This document shows, in pieces, positions 18,196-29,405 of a DNA stretch of 64,000 bases (position 1 is its first letter; each line of letters opens with the position of its first letter). The position numbers were made by a program, and so were the translations under genes. The stretch is from the NCBI GenBank assembly GCA_041891055.1, contig CP169074.1, forward strand, positions 448,001 to 512,000, in the 5' to 3' direction. Source of the DNA: Halorutilales archaeon Cl-col2-1 (GTDB lineage: Archaea > Halobacteriota > Halobacteria > Halobacteriales > Afararchaeaceae). The notes below the pieces were generated by a model. The model was not told the DNA's origin and made no database searches. It worked only from the letters and a program-made list of their open reading frames with translations.

Positions 18196-19737
18196 ATGCT
18201 TCGGCGTGACTTCCTCGGAGCCGCGGCTAAGATCGGCATAGCGAGTGGAGTAGCCGGCTGTCTCGGATCTGATCGAAGCCAAGACCAAGACGTGGAATCA
18301 CGGCTTAACCGATCAGACGCCTCACTTGACAAGGGGTCTCAGATACCCCGTCCCGATCCTACTCTGTCGGCAGACGAGATCGACGCCAGGTTTGAAGAGG
18401 TGTCTCAGGTCGTCGACTACGAGACTCTACCTCTGACACTCTCGGCGCATCGGGTATTTGGATCGGTGTCAGCCGGTATCGGTATCACAGAGACCGCAAC
18501 TCAGGAATCTCCTGCGAAGATAGAGATATCCGTCGTAAACAGAAATGACTTCGAGTACGTCTACAAGATATCCGAGGCTCCGCCCTATGATACCAAGCCG
18601 ATACTCTACAACCAAAGCCACGATCCTCTCTACCTCGTACCGACACCGAGCCATCCGTTAGTGGATTACGAGGACGAACCCTACACCTACGCTCAGGAGG
18701 GAACGTGGCATGTTAGCGGTGGTATAATAGACTGGCTTCCCGAAGTCTTCAGACTCGAATCCGGAAGAGGATTCATAGGCGAGTACGCCGTCGTGGGACA
18801 TCACAACCGCTCGGGTAGACCGACAGGTACCTACAGTACACAGGGAGACGGCGGAACTCTCTCGCTTGCTCTCTGGGAGACTGAATCGCCGGGTCCAGAC
18901 CGTGAATCCGTCTTCGAGAACGTCGAGGTGCCCGATCTGTCACAGACTCCTAACCGAGACAAAGACGACGAAGACAACGAAAAGACAGACACACACTGGT
19001 TCCACGAGGCTGACTCCGAGACACAGATATACCTACGTCCGTCGATGGAAAAGACGGATCTTCCCGCCGACATAGAGTTCGAGTTCGTAAACCGGAGTCG
19101 GAAAAAGGTCTCCGGAAACCCCTATGGCTGGGATCTATACAAGCTCGTTGACGGAGACTGGTTCCACATAGCCCCACTCATCGTCAACCTGCCTATGTCA
19201 TATGTCTACCCAGGCGACACCGAGAGGTCTTCTTTACATCTCTTCCACGGAGAGGGACTTGGATGTGAGTGTCAGACTCCAGACGGTAAGGTCAGAGACG
19301 TCGACCGTCTCGGGGGAGGAAGATACGCCTATACTGTCGACTTCGGAAGAGAAGGAGAAAGACACGCCGCGCTTCTCGATATCGAGGCTCCCGAGCTAAC
19401 CATAGAAAAGCCCGACGACGTCGAAGTCGAGAGGAGAGGAAGTACTGTAGTAGTCAGTACCGTCGACTCGGAGGACGGATCGGATCTGAGTATACGTGTC
19501 GAGAGGTCGGACGGGACGGAGGGAGACAGACGTGTCATAGCCGAAAATATCTACAGAGGAAACAGCCATCTGAGGTACTCGGTGCCCTTCTTCGAGGGCG
19601 GAGTCGAAGCCGTCGTAGTCGAGACCGAGAAACGGGCTGTCTTCCCGTCTTTACCGTTTTCTTCAGAGACGAGTAAGAGCTACGTCTACAAGGGCAGAAC
19701 ATACACGGCTGAGGTCTTAGACGACGGAAGCACGTGA
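18196..19737 (+). CDS. Tat-exported lipoprotein of unknown function
   Basis: MLRRDFL twin-arginine motif and VAGC lipobox. Confidence 0.85.
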   Translation: MLRRDFLGAAAKIGIASGVAGCLGSDRSQDQDVESRLNRSDASLDKGSQIPRPDPTLSADEIDARFEEVSQVVDYETLPLTLSAHRVFGSVSAGIGITETATQESPAKIEISVVNRNDFEYVYKISEAPPYDTKPILYNQSHDPLYLVPTPSHPLVDYEDEPYTYAQEGTWHVSGGIIDWLPEVFRLESGRGFIGEYAVVGHHNRSGRPTGTYSTQGDGGTLSLALWETESPGPDRESVFENVEVPDLSQTPNRDKDDEDNEKTDTHWFHEADSETQIYLRPSMEKTDLPADIEFEFVNRSRKKVSGNPYGWDLYKLVDGDWFHIAPLIVNLPMSYVYPGDTERSSLHLFHGEGLGCECQTPDGKVRDVDRLGGGRYAYTVDFGREGERHAALLDIEAPELTIEKPDDVEVERRGSTVVVSTVDSEDGSDLSIRVERSDGTEGDRRVIAENIYRGNSHLRYSVPFFEGGVEAVVVETEKRAVFPSLPFSSETSKSYVYKGRTYTAEVLDDGST

Positions 19738-19756
19738 GTACCGGCGGTATCCTGAA

Positions 19757-19954
19757 TCAGTCTTCCACGGCTTCGGCTATACGTTCGTGAGCACGTACGA
19801 ACCGCCAGACGAGGTACAGGAAGACTATGATAGCTCCCATCACAGCCCCGAGGAATATCTGCTGGACTACAGCCATATACAGTACGAGAGCCACAGCTAC
19901 TCCGACTCCAGCCTTGACGAGGAAAGTCCTTTCGTCCGTATCAGACCGTGTCAT
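19757..19954 (-). CDS. Small 2-TM membrane protein
   Basis: Two hydrophobic helices; YLVWRFVRAHERIAEA tail. Confidence 0.7.
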   Translation of the reverse strand: MTRSDTDERTFLVKAGVGVAVALVLYMAVVQQIFLGAVMGAIIVFLYLVWRFVRAHERIAEAVED

Positions 19955-19981
19955 GTCTTATGTATTCTATGTACTTCCTGC

Positions 19982-20698
19982 TTAAGAAGCTGAAGCCGAC
20001 CCAGACCTTAGCTGAACGAAGGCTTCGGCGATGATTCCGAGCGAGACTACCGAAACTGCCATTGAGATCGCGGTGCCGATTATCTGTGTTCCTGTGGCTA
20101 AGGCGATCAGGCTGCTTATACCTCCGGCTACGATTCCGGCTCCGAATATGATAAGCAGAACCACGAAGAGACGTAGCCAGTGACCACGTGTGAGGTTCCA
20201 GCTCTTCTTGAGGGCAGTGACGAAGCTGTCGTCCTCGACAGCGATGTAGGGCACCATGAAGACGAAAGCGACGTACGCTATGATTCCCGGTATGAGGAGG
20301 AGAAACGACCCGACCACGACGAGTATGCCGTAAGCGACCCCTCCGACGAATATGTTTATGAGAGCCCAGCCGATGTTTCGACTGTAGTACTCAGAGGGTA
20401 TAGAGTCTGTGTGTCCTCCGACGAAGGTACGTGTAGCGAGTATACTCAAGTATCCGAGAAGGATGAACATCACAACGCCCGCAACTCCGAGAATACTCAG
20501 TGGCAGATCCACCGTGACTGCGAAGGTGTCTCCCGTCATCTCGGCACCCCTTTCCCTCATCATACTCATCATGAAGCTGTTGACAGTCACCTGCCAGATG
20601 ACTCCCACCAGGGCGTAGACTACCACGAACAGGGCTCCGTTCCGGTTGGCTATACGTCTGATGCCGCCTGATACCGACGATCCTATGCTCAGACTCAT
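19982..20698 (-). CDS. Multi-pass membrane protein
   Basis: LLLIPGI, ALKKSWNLTRGHWLR motif. Confidence 0.8.
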   Translation of the reverse strand: MSLSIGSSVSGGIRRIANRNGALFVVVYALVGVIWQVTVNSFMMSMMRERGAEMTGDTFAVTVDLPLSILGVAGVVMFILLGYLSILATRTFVGGHTDSIPSEYYSRNIGWALINIFVGGVAYGILVVVGSFLLLIPGIIAYVAFVFMVPYIAVEDDSFVTALKKSWNLTRGHWLRLFVVLLIIFGAGIVAGGISSLIALATGTQIIGTAISMAVSVVSLGIIAEAFVQLRSGSASAS

Positions 20699-20808
20699 GT
20701 TTATGTTTTCGGAAATCCGGCGGATATATTAAGCATTTCTGATACATGGAGCCTCTGTATGCTGAATTAACAAAAAGTTACTTGAACAGCCGTTCCGACT
20801 CTGAAGTA

Positions 20809-21576
20809 ATGTCAGCTCCGGCTATCGAGGTATCGGGACTCCGGAAGGAGTACGACGAAACTACTGCTATCGACGGGCTCGACCTCACCGTAGAGGAAGA
20901 GACTGTCTTCGGATTTCTCGGCTCGAACGGAGCGGGGAAGACGACTACGATAGAGATTCTCTCGACTCTTCGTCAGCCGACCTCGGGTGAGGTACGTATT
21001 CAAGGGCACGACGTCTCTAACCGATCCGAGGTAGTTCCACTGATCGGCTATCTCCCCGAGGAGCCTCCTGTCTACGACGAACTCACGGGGCGCGAACAGC
21101 TTTCGTACGTAGCGGGTCTCAGGGACTTCGGAGACGAGTCGGGGTTCGAAGACCTAGCCGAGAGGTTCGGACTCAGACAAGACCTCGACAAGAGGGTCTC
21201 AGCCTACTCGAAGGGGATGAAACAGAAGCTGAGCCTGATACAGGCTGTGATGCACAGACCCGACGTACTCTTTCTCGACGAGCCCACGAGCGGACTCGAT
21301 CCCAGAGCCGCACGCACTGTGCGTGACTTCATAGGAGAGATCGCAGACTCCGAGACGACAGTCTTTCTGTCGACCCATATACTCCCAGTAGTCGAGGAGA
21401 TCGCCGACGAGGTGGGTGTTCTGTACGAAGGAACTCTTGTGGCTAAGGGATCTCCCGAAGACCTAAAACGTCGTGTCCGTGACGAGGAAACCGACACTGG
21501 CGGTACGACACTTGAAGAGGTCTTCCTCGACCTGACCAGATCCAGAGACACCGGCACGGGGAGTCAGAATGGCTGA
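20809..21576 (+). CDS. ABC exporter ATP-binding protein
   Basis: GSNGAGKTT, YSKGMKQK, LDEPTSGLD. Confidence 0.93.
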   Translation: MSAPAIEVSGLRKEYDETTAIDGLDLTVEEETVFGFLGSNGAGKTTTIEILSTLRQPTSGEVRIQGHDVSNRSEVVPLIGYLPEEPPVYDELTGREQLSYVAGLRDFGDESGFEDLAERFGLRQDLDKRVSAYSKGMKQKLSLIQAVMHRPDVLFLDEPTSGLDPRAARTVRDFIGEIADSETTVFLSTHILPVVEEIADEVGVLYEGTLVAKGSPEDLKRRVRDEETDTGGTTLEEVFLDLTRSRDTGTGSQNG

Positions 21577-23173
21577 AACGTCTCAGATAGACACGAGTAA
21601 GATACTCCTCGTGGCGAGAACAGAGCTCCGCCGAAGCTACCGGAAACTCAACTCTAACACGAAGGCAGCTGCGATGACGGTCATCGGCGCGGGATTCGGA
21701 CTTCTCTACTCAGTCGGCTTAGGTGTCGGATCTTACTTCTTCGTCAGGTCGCTCGTGTCGGAGGGTATGAGTCCTGAGAGTCCCCTTGCGGTCGGTGTCA
21801 CGTTGACGGGCACTGCCGCCTTTGTCGGCTTCTTCACGTTACAGAGGACGGTCAAGTCGGTCGGAACAGTCGACGAAGACAGGGCTGTTCTCTCAGCCAC
21901 CTCCCACTACAACGTCTTCCTCGGGGTTCTTCTCGGAGAGGTAGGACGGTGGCTCGCGGCGGCTGTCTTTCCTGTCGTCGTCCTCTCGGTAGGTGTCGGC
22001 GCGGGCGCGCGCTCGGCTCTCGCCTTCGGTCTGACCGGGGCTGTACTTCTACTTCTAATGGGACTCGGGGTGACATTGGGTTTCACGGCTGGTGTCTTCG
22101 TAAAAGTAGCCGCGGCACGTTCGAGGCTCGTAGCTAGTCACAGGACGAGCCTGAGTCTCGTGGCGTCTGTCGTGTCACTCACGGTCTACTTCTTCTTCAT
22201 GACTGAGGAGTCTACGGGACGTATCGTCTCCGAGACTGTCGGCTATCTGCCGAGTAGCTGGCTAGGCGACCTCATACTCGTGTCTTTACCCGTCTCTGCC
22301 GGAGATCTGACACGTGGACTCGGGGGTCTCACAGTCTGTCTCATGGTGATTACTCTCGGAGTCGTAGCCTCGGGAAGACTAACACGGAGTCTGTGGTTCA
22401 GCGACAGTCTGAACTCCGGGACGGCGAACCCCGACACATCCTCTGTCTTCAGCCTCTTCGAAGGCAGACTCCCGAAAGCCACTCTTCGGACAGCCGACAA
22501 AAGCTGGAAACGCGCGAGACGCGCTCCCTTCACGCTCCAGTACGCCTTTGTCCCCGTGTTTATGCTCGTGTACGTTTTCGTCATGTCGGTAAGATCTGGC
22601 TTCTCTCCCGTGGTCGCGCCGGTTACTGGGGCAGCAGTCGCCCTCAGTGCGTCGTCGGCTTTTACACTCAACCCGATAGGAGGCGAGGGATCGGTTCTGC
22701 CCTTGGTTCTGACCTCACGTGTCGAGCCGAGACAGTTCCTCGGAGGACTCGTTCTCGGAGGTATTACGGTGGGTCTTCCCGTGTCTGTGCTCGCCACGGC
22801 TGTCGTGGGAGTCGTCGGACCCAACGGGTCTGTGAGTACAGCGGCTTCGGTAGTCCTCGTGGCGGTTATGGCAGCCTTCGGACCCCTCCTGTCGACGGGA
22901 TTCGGGGTCGAGTTCCCTAAGTTCGAGAAGACAGCCGTACAGGGTCGTCGTGAGGCTGTGGTTCCGAGTGGCTGGGCTTATCTCTTCTTCGTACTCACAT
23001 TCGGCATCGTCTCAGCACCGGGTATAATCGCACAGTCGGGTATTGACCTGGTCGACAGCCTGCTGCCCTTAGGAGGAGTAGGCGCGGTAGCTCTGTCGTC
23101 GGCTCTCTTCGTCTCGGCGTCTCTTCTGAGTTTCCGCCATGCTGTAGCTGTCTTCGAGGACTACTACCTCTGA
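21569..23173 (+). CDS. ABC-2 type permease
   Basis: About 12 TM helices; overlaps the ATPase stop. Confidence 0.8.
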   Translation: MAETSQIDTSKILLVARTELRRSYRKLNSNTKAAAMTVIGAGFGLLYSVGLGVGSYFFVRSLVSEGMSPESPLAVGVTLTGTAAFVGFFTLQRTVKSVGTVDEDRAVLSATSHYNVFLGVLLGEVGRWLAAAVFPVVVLSVGVGAGARSALAFGLTGAVLLLLMGLGVTLGFTAGVFVKVAAARSRLVASHRTSLSLVASVVSLTVYFFFMTEESTGRIVSETVGYLPSSWLGDLILVSLPVSAGDLTRGLGGLTVCLMVITLGVVASGRLTRSLWFSDSLNSGTANPDTSSVFSLFEGRLPKATLRTADKSWKRARRAPFTLQYAFVPVFMLVYVFVMSVRSGFSPVVAPVTGAAVALSASSAFTLNPIGGEGSVLPLVLTSRVEPRQFLGGLVLGGITVGLPVSVLATAVVGVVGPNGSVSTAASVVLVAVMAAFGPLLSTGFGVEFPKFEKTAVQGRREAVVPSGWAYLFFVLTFGIVSAPGIIAQSGIDLVDSLLPLGGVGAVALSSALFVSASLLSFRHAVAVFEDYYL

Positions 23174-23264
23174 GACTGACGTGTTTCTCAGCCAGCCTCC
23201 CATAAATGCTTTACATACCTATCCGTGAGAAATGCTTTATATACGTAAGAGAGTGCGTCTATAC

Positions 23265-24524
23265 ATGAGAGACCTAAAAACAGTGGCGGCGTTACTGTTA
23301 GTCTTGGCGGCTCTGCCCGTCGCGGGTGCACAGATGTCCTCGAGTGGAGGCTCAGGAGCCTCAGCGACAGCTACCGCGTCGGAGGCTACGGTACAGACAC
23401 AGTCGGGTATCACCAACTACACGAATATATACATAGACGATAACTACCGTGACTTCAGCGTGAAGCCCGGGGAGTCGGAGTCGTTCAGTCTGACTCTGGA
23501 GAACAGGGAGGACTCCTCCGTGACTGTGAATCCACGACTCGTACAGCCACCCATACCGAACCAGAACTTCGTCGACTCCTCGTGGCTCGAGATCCAAACG
23601 GGAGAGACTACTCTCGAAGCCGACGGGTCGGAGGAGTTCGAGTTCACTGTCAACGTCCCCGAAGACGCTAGCCTTGGAAACTACGACGGCACTGTAGCGT
23701 TTACGAACGAGACGATCTCGTACCCCGGGAGACCGTCTAGACACGTACACACGGCTAACTTCAACGTCGATGTATGGCGTGAGCCCACGGTCGAGATACT
23801 CTCAGACACCTACGTACATACTCAGGTGAAAGCCGGAGAGTCAGTGACACGTGAGATCAGGATAGAGAACACGGGAGAAACCTCGGTTCCCCTCAATCCC
23901 GAGATGAACGGTCAGGACAGGAACGTAGTCTACAGCGGGGACACGCCGGATAAGATAGACAGATCGTGGCTCTCGGTAGACGCGCCCACACAGATAGGTT
24001 CGGGTGAGACCGCTACCGTCGAACTGACGGTCTCACCACCCTCGTCAGTCAACAGAGGCGACTACCGCGGAGAGATCGACCTCGGGATAAAAGACCCGAC
24101 GAGACAGTCCGAAAACGGCTACTGGCAGAGGGTACGTCTCAGAACCGAGGTCTGGAAACAGCCGTCCGAAGCCTTCGAGGTACCCTTCAGTGTCGACTCG
24201 AACACGACCGAGGTTAGAGTCAAGATAACGAGTCAGTCAGCCCACGGAGAGTCCCAGAGACCCGAAGTCGACTTCGACGTGAGTCTTACGAGCCCGAGTG
24301 GGGACGAGGTAGAGCCCGAGATGGTCAGGACGACTAACAAGGGTCACGTCAGCCTCGGAAACGGCGGAGTCCGTGACTCACAGACAGTGGGTGAGTACGG
24401 TGTAGCAGGCGGCTCGAAGGAGTTCGTCTACACGGTCGAGAACCCGTCGAGCGGAGACTGGAGTGCAGACATAATGCCCCACAACACGATGAGGTTCGAC
24501 TACGAGGTAGTGAGGGTAAGGTAG
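23265..24524 (+). CDS. Secreted protein with tandem Ig-like (NEW3-like) domains
   Basis: Signal peptide; repeated VKxGES...ENxG...SWL...V.PP...G.Y.G. Confidence 0.75.
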   Translation: MRDLKTVAALLLVLAALPVAGAQMSSSGGSGASATATASEATVQTQSGITNYTNIYIDDNYRDFSVKPGESESFSLTLENREDSSVTVNPRLVQPPIPNQNFVDSSWLEIQTGETTLEADGSEEFEFTVNVPEDASLGNYDGTVAFTNETISYPGRPSRHVHTANFNVDVWREPTVEILSDTYVHTQVKAGESVTREIRIENTGETSVPLNPEMNGQDRNVVYSGDTPDKIDRSWLSVDAPTQIGSGETATVELTVSPPSSVNRGDYRGEIDLGIKDPTRQSENGYWQRVRLRTEVWKQPSEAFEVPFSVDSNTTEVRVKITSQSAHGESQRPEVDFDVSLTSPSGDEVEPEMVRTTNKGHVSLGNGGVRDSQTVGEYGVAGGSKEFVYTVENPSSGDWSADIMPHNTMRFDYEVVRVR

Positions 24525-24534
24525 CACGATAGGC

Positions 24535-26070
24535 TCACACCCTCCTGAGCTTCATCCTGAAGTCGGCACCGCCGAGTTCGGAGTCCTCGACCCAGATACG
24601 TCCACCCGACCTCTCTACTATCCTGTCCACGAGGAATAGCCCCATCCCTTCGCCGTGGCGGAGATCGTCGATCTCACGTCTTCCGAATATTTCCTCCTTC
24701 GCTCTGTCCGGAACTCCGGAGCCGTCGTCGGCGACCGAGACGACGGCAGTCTCCTCGTTCCTTTCTACGCCGACCTCGATCCTGTCGGTGGCGTGTTCGA
24801 CGGCGTTCTCGATCACCTCCTCGAACGCCATACGTACGTACCTCTCTCCAATTCCGTTAACATCTGTCTCGGAGTCGCCGTAGAGACATTCTACCTCTAC
24901 CTCGACGGAGTCGGGGTTCGGTTCGTCTCTGACCCTGTCTATGCTGTCGTCTAAGACCTCCTCCAAGCAGACCTCGGCGTCTGGGGATAGCTCGGCTTCG
25001 AGTATCTTCCTCGTTTCCCTCGCCTGATCCGCCTTCTTGTTTATACGTTTGAGTTTATCCTCGGCGTCTTCGAGACTCCCAGCGACCTCGTCCGAAGACG
25101 ACCGTTTCTTAGCTATCCCTATCCTTCCGAGTGCGACACTCAGGTCGTTACGGAGGTCGTGTCTCAGTGCCCTGTTTATGACCTTGAGGGACTGGGTCAT
25201 CCTCTCCATCTCGGTCACGTCGGCGAAGACTCCCGCGTAGCCGATTCTCCGTCTGTCGACTTGTATCGGGACTACGGTGAGATGTAGATGAAGACGTCTG
25301 CCGTCCTTGGCTCTGTCAGTAATCGTGTTGGACCACGTCTCTCCATCGTCTAGCTTCCCCCACATCTCATCGTAAGTCTCGTCGGGGGTCTCGGGAGATC
25401 CGACTATACTGGGATTCTCCCCTACGAGCTCGTCACGTGTATAGCCGAACTTCTCGACGTAGGCGTCGTTGACCTCGACTATCTCGGGCGACGTGTCGGT
25501 AATTACGACGGGGTTCTCGGTGCTCTCGAAGACCTTCCTGTACTTCTCCAGTCTCTGTCTCCTGTCTCTGAGCTTTTCGAGGCTCGTGATGTTTCTGGCG
25601 TTGTAGACTCCCACGGCTGTGCCGGCTATTATCCCTGCCTCGGAGACTAGAAGAACCGTGTTGAGAGGATTCGCCGAGACGCCGCCTCTTATGTCGTTCT
25701 GTAAGAGTATGACCCCCGCAGTTACTACGCCAGCGAAGCCTCCGAAGACCATCCACGACACCACACGTCTCTTACACGGCACCGCGAGATCGGAGTACCG
25801 TAGCTTATACGCGAGTGCCACAGAGCCGAGAAGTGCCGAGAACATCGGAAGGACGACGAAGAAGAGATGTGAGACGGATGGAGCGGAAGCGATGTCCGAG
25901 ACAGCCGAGGCTTCCTCGTAGAGATAGCCTGTGAAAAGAAGAACCCCAATTCCAACTACCGAAGCCTCGTACCCCGAAGACGTCTCGAAGAAGTATCTGT
26001 CCGAGTCTTGACACTGTTTTGACCCTGTGTCGCTGGTTAACCCCGACCCCACCTCTGAGTCGAATGACAT
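24535..26070 (-). CDS. Membrane PAS sensor histidine kinase
   Basis: TM helices, PAS (VNDAY...GY..DELVGENP), RHDLRN, DDGSG. Confidence 0.9.
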   Translation of the reverse strand: MSFDSEVGSGLTSDTGSKQCQDSDRYFFETSSGYEASVVGIGVLLFTGYLYEEASAVSDIASAPSVSHLFFVVLPMFSALLGSVALAYKLRYSDLAVPCKRRVVSWMVFGGFAGVVTAGVILLQNDIRGGVSANPLNTVLLVSEAGIIAGTAVGVYNARNITSLEKLRDRRQRLEKYRKVFESTENPVVITDTSPEIVEVNDAYVEKFGYTRDELVGENPSIVGSPETPDETYDEMWGKLDDGETWSNTITDRAKDGRRLHLHLTVVPIQVDRRRIGYAGVFADVTEMERMTQSLKVINRALRHDLRNDLSVALGRIGIAKKRSSSDEVAGSLEDAEDKLKRINKKADQARETRKILEAELSPDAEVCLEEVLDDSIDRVRDEPNPDSVEVEVECLYGDSETDVNGIGERYVRMAFEEVIENAVEHATDRIEVGVERNEETAVVSVADDGSGVPDRAKEEIFGRREIDDLRHGEGMGLFLVDRIVERSGGRIWVEDSELGGADFRMKLRRV

Positions 26071-26172
26071 GCTCCCCCTATGTTATGTACTCCAACTGAG
26101 TATTATTCTCAGCGGCTAGCTTATTAACCTTTGGGTAGTGTTGACACATATACGTGTACACACCACAGACCG

Positions 26173-26499
26173 TCAGCCCCTCCAGTCACGTACCCTCCGG
26201 CTCTTGTCGACCTGTATACGTGTCTTGTCGGTCTGACGTATCCAGCCGAGGAACTCCGACATCCTCTCTGATTCTCTTATGTCTTCGGGGCTGTTGTACT
26301 CGTGTCTTAGCTCGTGGTTGGTGAAGACTGCGTGTATCTGTCTGTGGCACGCCTCACAGACGTCTGCGGTCTGAGAGCTCTTCCTGTCCTTCGGTGTGAG
26401 ATGGTGTACCTCGGTCTCTACGTCCCTGCCACAGATCTCACAGTCTGGGGAGTCACTATGGCTCTCGAAGACGTGGTCAGGTATCTCGTCGTCGGACAT
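26173..26499 (-). CDS. Small HNH-type protein (YisB-like)
   Basis: CEICGR...HHLTP...CEACHRQIH...FTNHEL. Confidence 0.8.
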   Translation of the reverse strand: MSDDEIPDHVFESHSDSPDCEICGRDVETEVHHLTPKDRKSSQTADVCEACHRQIHAVFTNHELRHEYNSPEDIRESERMSEFLGWIRQTDKTRIQVDKSRRVRDWRG

Positions 26500-26603
26500 C
26501 AGAGACTCTACGTCGGGTATCGTCTTAAGACTGTCTGGCTTGTGTAGTATCAACAGGGACAAGAGTTTTGGAAAAGCACTACGCGTGTCGAACACGGAGC
26601 ACA

Positions 26604-28955
26604 ATGACAGACCCTCTCAGTCTTCTCGTCTTAGATCCCTCAGAAGACGTCCTCGGAACAGCCTCCGAGTATCTCAGAGACGCGGGATTCGACGTGTCTA
26701 CGACGTCGACGGTCGCCGAGGCGAGCGCCTGCGTCGAAAGGCGTGGTACTGAGATCGACTGTGTGGTTACTGAGTACCGGCTCGGCGAGGCTGACGGGAT
26801 CGAATTCATGAGGGAGATCCGTGGCGAGATGCCCAAGATACCCTTCGTCTTCTACTCAGACGTCGACAGCTCAGTTGCGTCCGAGGTACTCGGCTACCGT
26901 CTCACCGAGTACGTCGAGAAGAGCAGAGCTGACTCCGACGACAGACTCGACCTCCTCGTGAAGAGGATAGAGGAGACTGTTGAACACAGACGTGCTGTCG
27001 AAGACGAGAAGGAGCGGAGTAGGGTGCTCGGAGTCATACGTGAGGTAAACCGCGCTGTTACCAGATCCTCGACTCAGGAAGGGCTAAAGCAGACTGTCTG
27101 TGATGTGATAGCCGGGTCTGAGCCGTACGTATTCGCGTGGTTCGGCGAGTACGATGACGAGACACGGACGGTGGTTCCGACCGAGTACGCCGGCGTAGAA
27201 GCGGGATACCTCGACGAGATAGAGATAAAGGTAGACGGCGAGACGTCGGAGGGTCCTACGGGACGTGCAGTCCGAAACAGGGAGGTCGAGGTGATGCAGA
27301 ACATACCCGAGGATCCGAGTTACGAGCCTTGGCGGGAACAGGCTCTCGAACGTGGTTACAGATCGAGCGCGTCAGTCCCAGCGGTCTACTCCGGAGAGCT
27401 CTACGGTACTCTCAACATCTACGCAGACAGGAAGTTCGCCTTCGACGAGGACGAAAAGGAGCTTCTGAGGGAGATAGGCGAGGACATAGGCTTCGGTCTC
27501 AACGCGATACGGACACGTCGGGAGACGGAGCGGAAGAGTGAGTTCCTCTCGATCACAGAGATGACAGCCGGCATCGGAGGCTGGGAGTACGTCCACAGTG
27601 CCGACAAGTCGGGGGTGGAGGGAAAGATAAGATGGACTCAGGGAGCCAGACGTATCTGCTGTGACTCAGAGGAGATGCCACTGGAGGTTGAAGTCGAAGA
27701 AGCACTCAGCTTCGTGCATCCCGAAGACAGAGAAGAGATAAGAGACGGCTTGGTCAACAGGTCGGAGTTCGACGTAACTGTCCGTTCGGACTCAGGTCGA
27801 AGCGACGACTCTGATTCGGGTTCAAAATGGGTACGTGTAATAGGCAAGCCATCGAAGCCCGAAGCCGAGACTCACGCAGGAGAAGCGGTTCTGATGAGAG
27901 GTTCGATACAGGACGTTACGCTCACGAAGGAACGTGAGATGCGTCTCGACAGTTACAGGAGAGTCATAGACTGCTCCGAGGATCTCATAGCCGCTGTCGA
28001 TACCAACTATAACTATATCTTTGCCAATCAGAGGTACGTCGAGACCCACACCTCAGTTTCCTCACCGGCTGCGGTAGAGGGGGAAAGTCTCAGAGAGATC
28101 GTGGGCGATGAGATATACAACGAGATAATAGACGATGTCGACAGGGCTTTCGATGGAAACCACGTCGAGTACGAGATGGAACGCCACGGGAGTTTCTTCC
28201 ATATCCAGTACTACCCCATGTGGGAAGAGGGCGAGGACAAGGTACGTGGAGTTGCAGCATCACTCCGTGACATAACCGACTACAAGGAGTACGAGAAGCA
28301 GATCGAGAACAAGAACAGACAGCTTACGGTTCTCAACAGAATCACTCGCCACGACATACGTAACGACATGAATCTCATACTCGGCTGGGGGGATATCCTG
28401 AGAGACCACGTCGACGAAGAAGGCGAGGAGTGTCTCCGTAAAATCCTCGACGCTGCGAGACACACAGTCGACCTCACTAAGAACGCGAGGGACTTTGTCA
28501 AGACTATCGACGGCTCCGAGACGTCCGAGATAGACCTCCGCGAGAGACTCAGCCACGTGGTGGAGAAACGTAGAGAGGCGTACGATAACGCAGTCTTCGA
28601 GACGGCTGAGATACCCGATGTGACTGTCTGTGCCAACAGTCTGATCTCGACAGTCTTCAGAAACCTCCTCAACAACGCAGTACAGCATAACGACAAGGAG
28701 ACTCCGAGGGTCGAGGTCTCTGCCGAGGAGAACGACGAGGAAGTAGTCGTCTCTGTCGCAGACAACGGTCCCGGTGTACCCGACGACAGGAAGGACGAGG
28801 TGTTCGGCGAGGAAGAGAAAGGACCCGAGAGCGAGGGTACGGGAGTCGGTCTCTATCTTGTGAAGATGCTCGTCGATGAGTACGGTGGTGAGGTCTGGGT
28901 AGAGGACAACGAACCCGAGGGAGCCGTATTCAGGATCAGACTCAGAAAGGCTTGA
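26604..28955 (+). CDS. Cytoplasmic receiver-GAF-PAS-PAS histidine kinase
   Basis: Degenerate REC (DCVVTEY), GAF (GPTGRA, PWRE), RHDIRN, NAVQHN, DNGPG. Confidence 0.9.
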   Translation: MTDPLSLLVLDPSEDVLGTASEYLRDAGFDVSTTSTVAEASACVERRGTEIDCVVTEYRLGEADGIEFMREIRGEMPKIPFVFYSDVDSSVASEVLGYRLTEYVEKSRADSDDRLDLLVKRIEETVEHRRAVEDEKERSRVLGVIREVNRAVTRSSTQEGLKQTVCDVIAGSEPYVFAWFGEYDDETRTVVPTEYAGVEAGYLDEIEIKVDGETSEGPTGRAVRNREVEVMQNIPEDPSYEPWREQALERGYRSSASVPAVYSGELYGTLNIYADRKFAFDEDEKELLREIGEDIGFGLNAIRTRRETERKSEFLSITEMTAGIGGWEYVHSADKSGVEGKIRWTQGARRICCDSEEMPLEVEVEEALSFVHPEDREEIRDGLVNRSEFDVTVRSDSGRSDDSDSGSKWVRVIGKPSKPEAETHAGEAVLMRGSIQDVTLTKEREMRLDSYRRVIDCSEDLIAAVDTNYNYIFANQRYVETHTSVSSPAAVEGESLREIVGDEIYNEIIDDVDRAFDGNHVEYEMERHGSFFHIQYYPMWEEGEDKVRGVAASLRDITDYKEYEKQIENKNRQLTVLNRITRHDIRNDMNLILGWGDILRDHVDEEGEECLRKILDAARHTVDLTKNARDFVKTIDGSETSEIDLRERLSHVVEKRREAYDNAVFETAEIPDVTVCANSLISTVFRNLLNNAVQHNDKETPRVEVSAEENDEEVVVSVADNGPGVPDDRKDEVFGEEEKGPESEGTGVGLYLVKMLVDEYGGEVWVEDNEPEGAVFRIRLRKA

Positions 28956-29381
28956 TCACCCGACCGGAGTCACGCCGCCCGTGACTGTTCTCACGACCCT
29001 ACTCCGGTTCCCCGACTTCGCCACGACATCGAACTGATTTCTTTCCGTGGTCACGGTGTCGCCTTCGTCGTACATCTCAGTTCCGCTTATCTTCTCGCCA
29101 CCCACCTCGGCGAGATAGACGACTTCACCGTTCGTCGACTGTAGGATGACACGCGTTCGGCTGTCTGTCTCGACCATCCGGAAATCGGCGGTGAGTCGGG
29201 CTTGAGTCTCCTCGGAGTCTCGGCTGTCCCCCATCAAAAACACGAACCCGAAGACTCCAGCCACGAACACGAGGAGGACTACCGACACAGCCGCGATCTG
29301 AACCGAGTTCAAGCTCGCCTCAGTCTCAGTCGAAGTCGAGGCTTCCGTCTCTGTGACTGTCTCAGATCCGTCTCGTCTCAT
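28956..29381 (-). CDS. Single-TM protein, possibly pilin-like
   Basis: Hydrophobic helix followed by a small beta-rich domain. Confidence 0.55.
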   Translation of the reverse strand: MRRDGSETVTETEASTSTETEASLNSVQIAAVSVVLLVFVAGVFGFVFLMGDSRDSEETQARLTADFRMVETDSRTRVILQSTNGEVVYLAEVGGEKISGTEMYDEGDTVTTERNQFDVVAKSGNRSRVVRTVTGGVTPVG

Positions 29382-29405
29382 CCTTCCGTCGTTTGAGCTC
29401 CAGGC

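Noticed and set aside
26173-26499. HNH protein as a defence or homing element
   Set aside because: Stand-alone YisB-like protein with no intron, array or defence neighbours.
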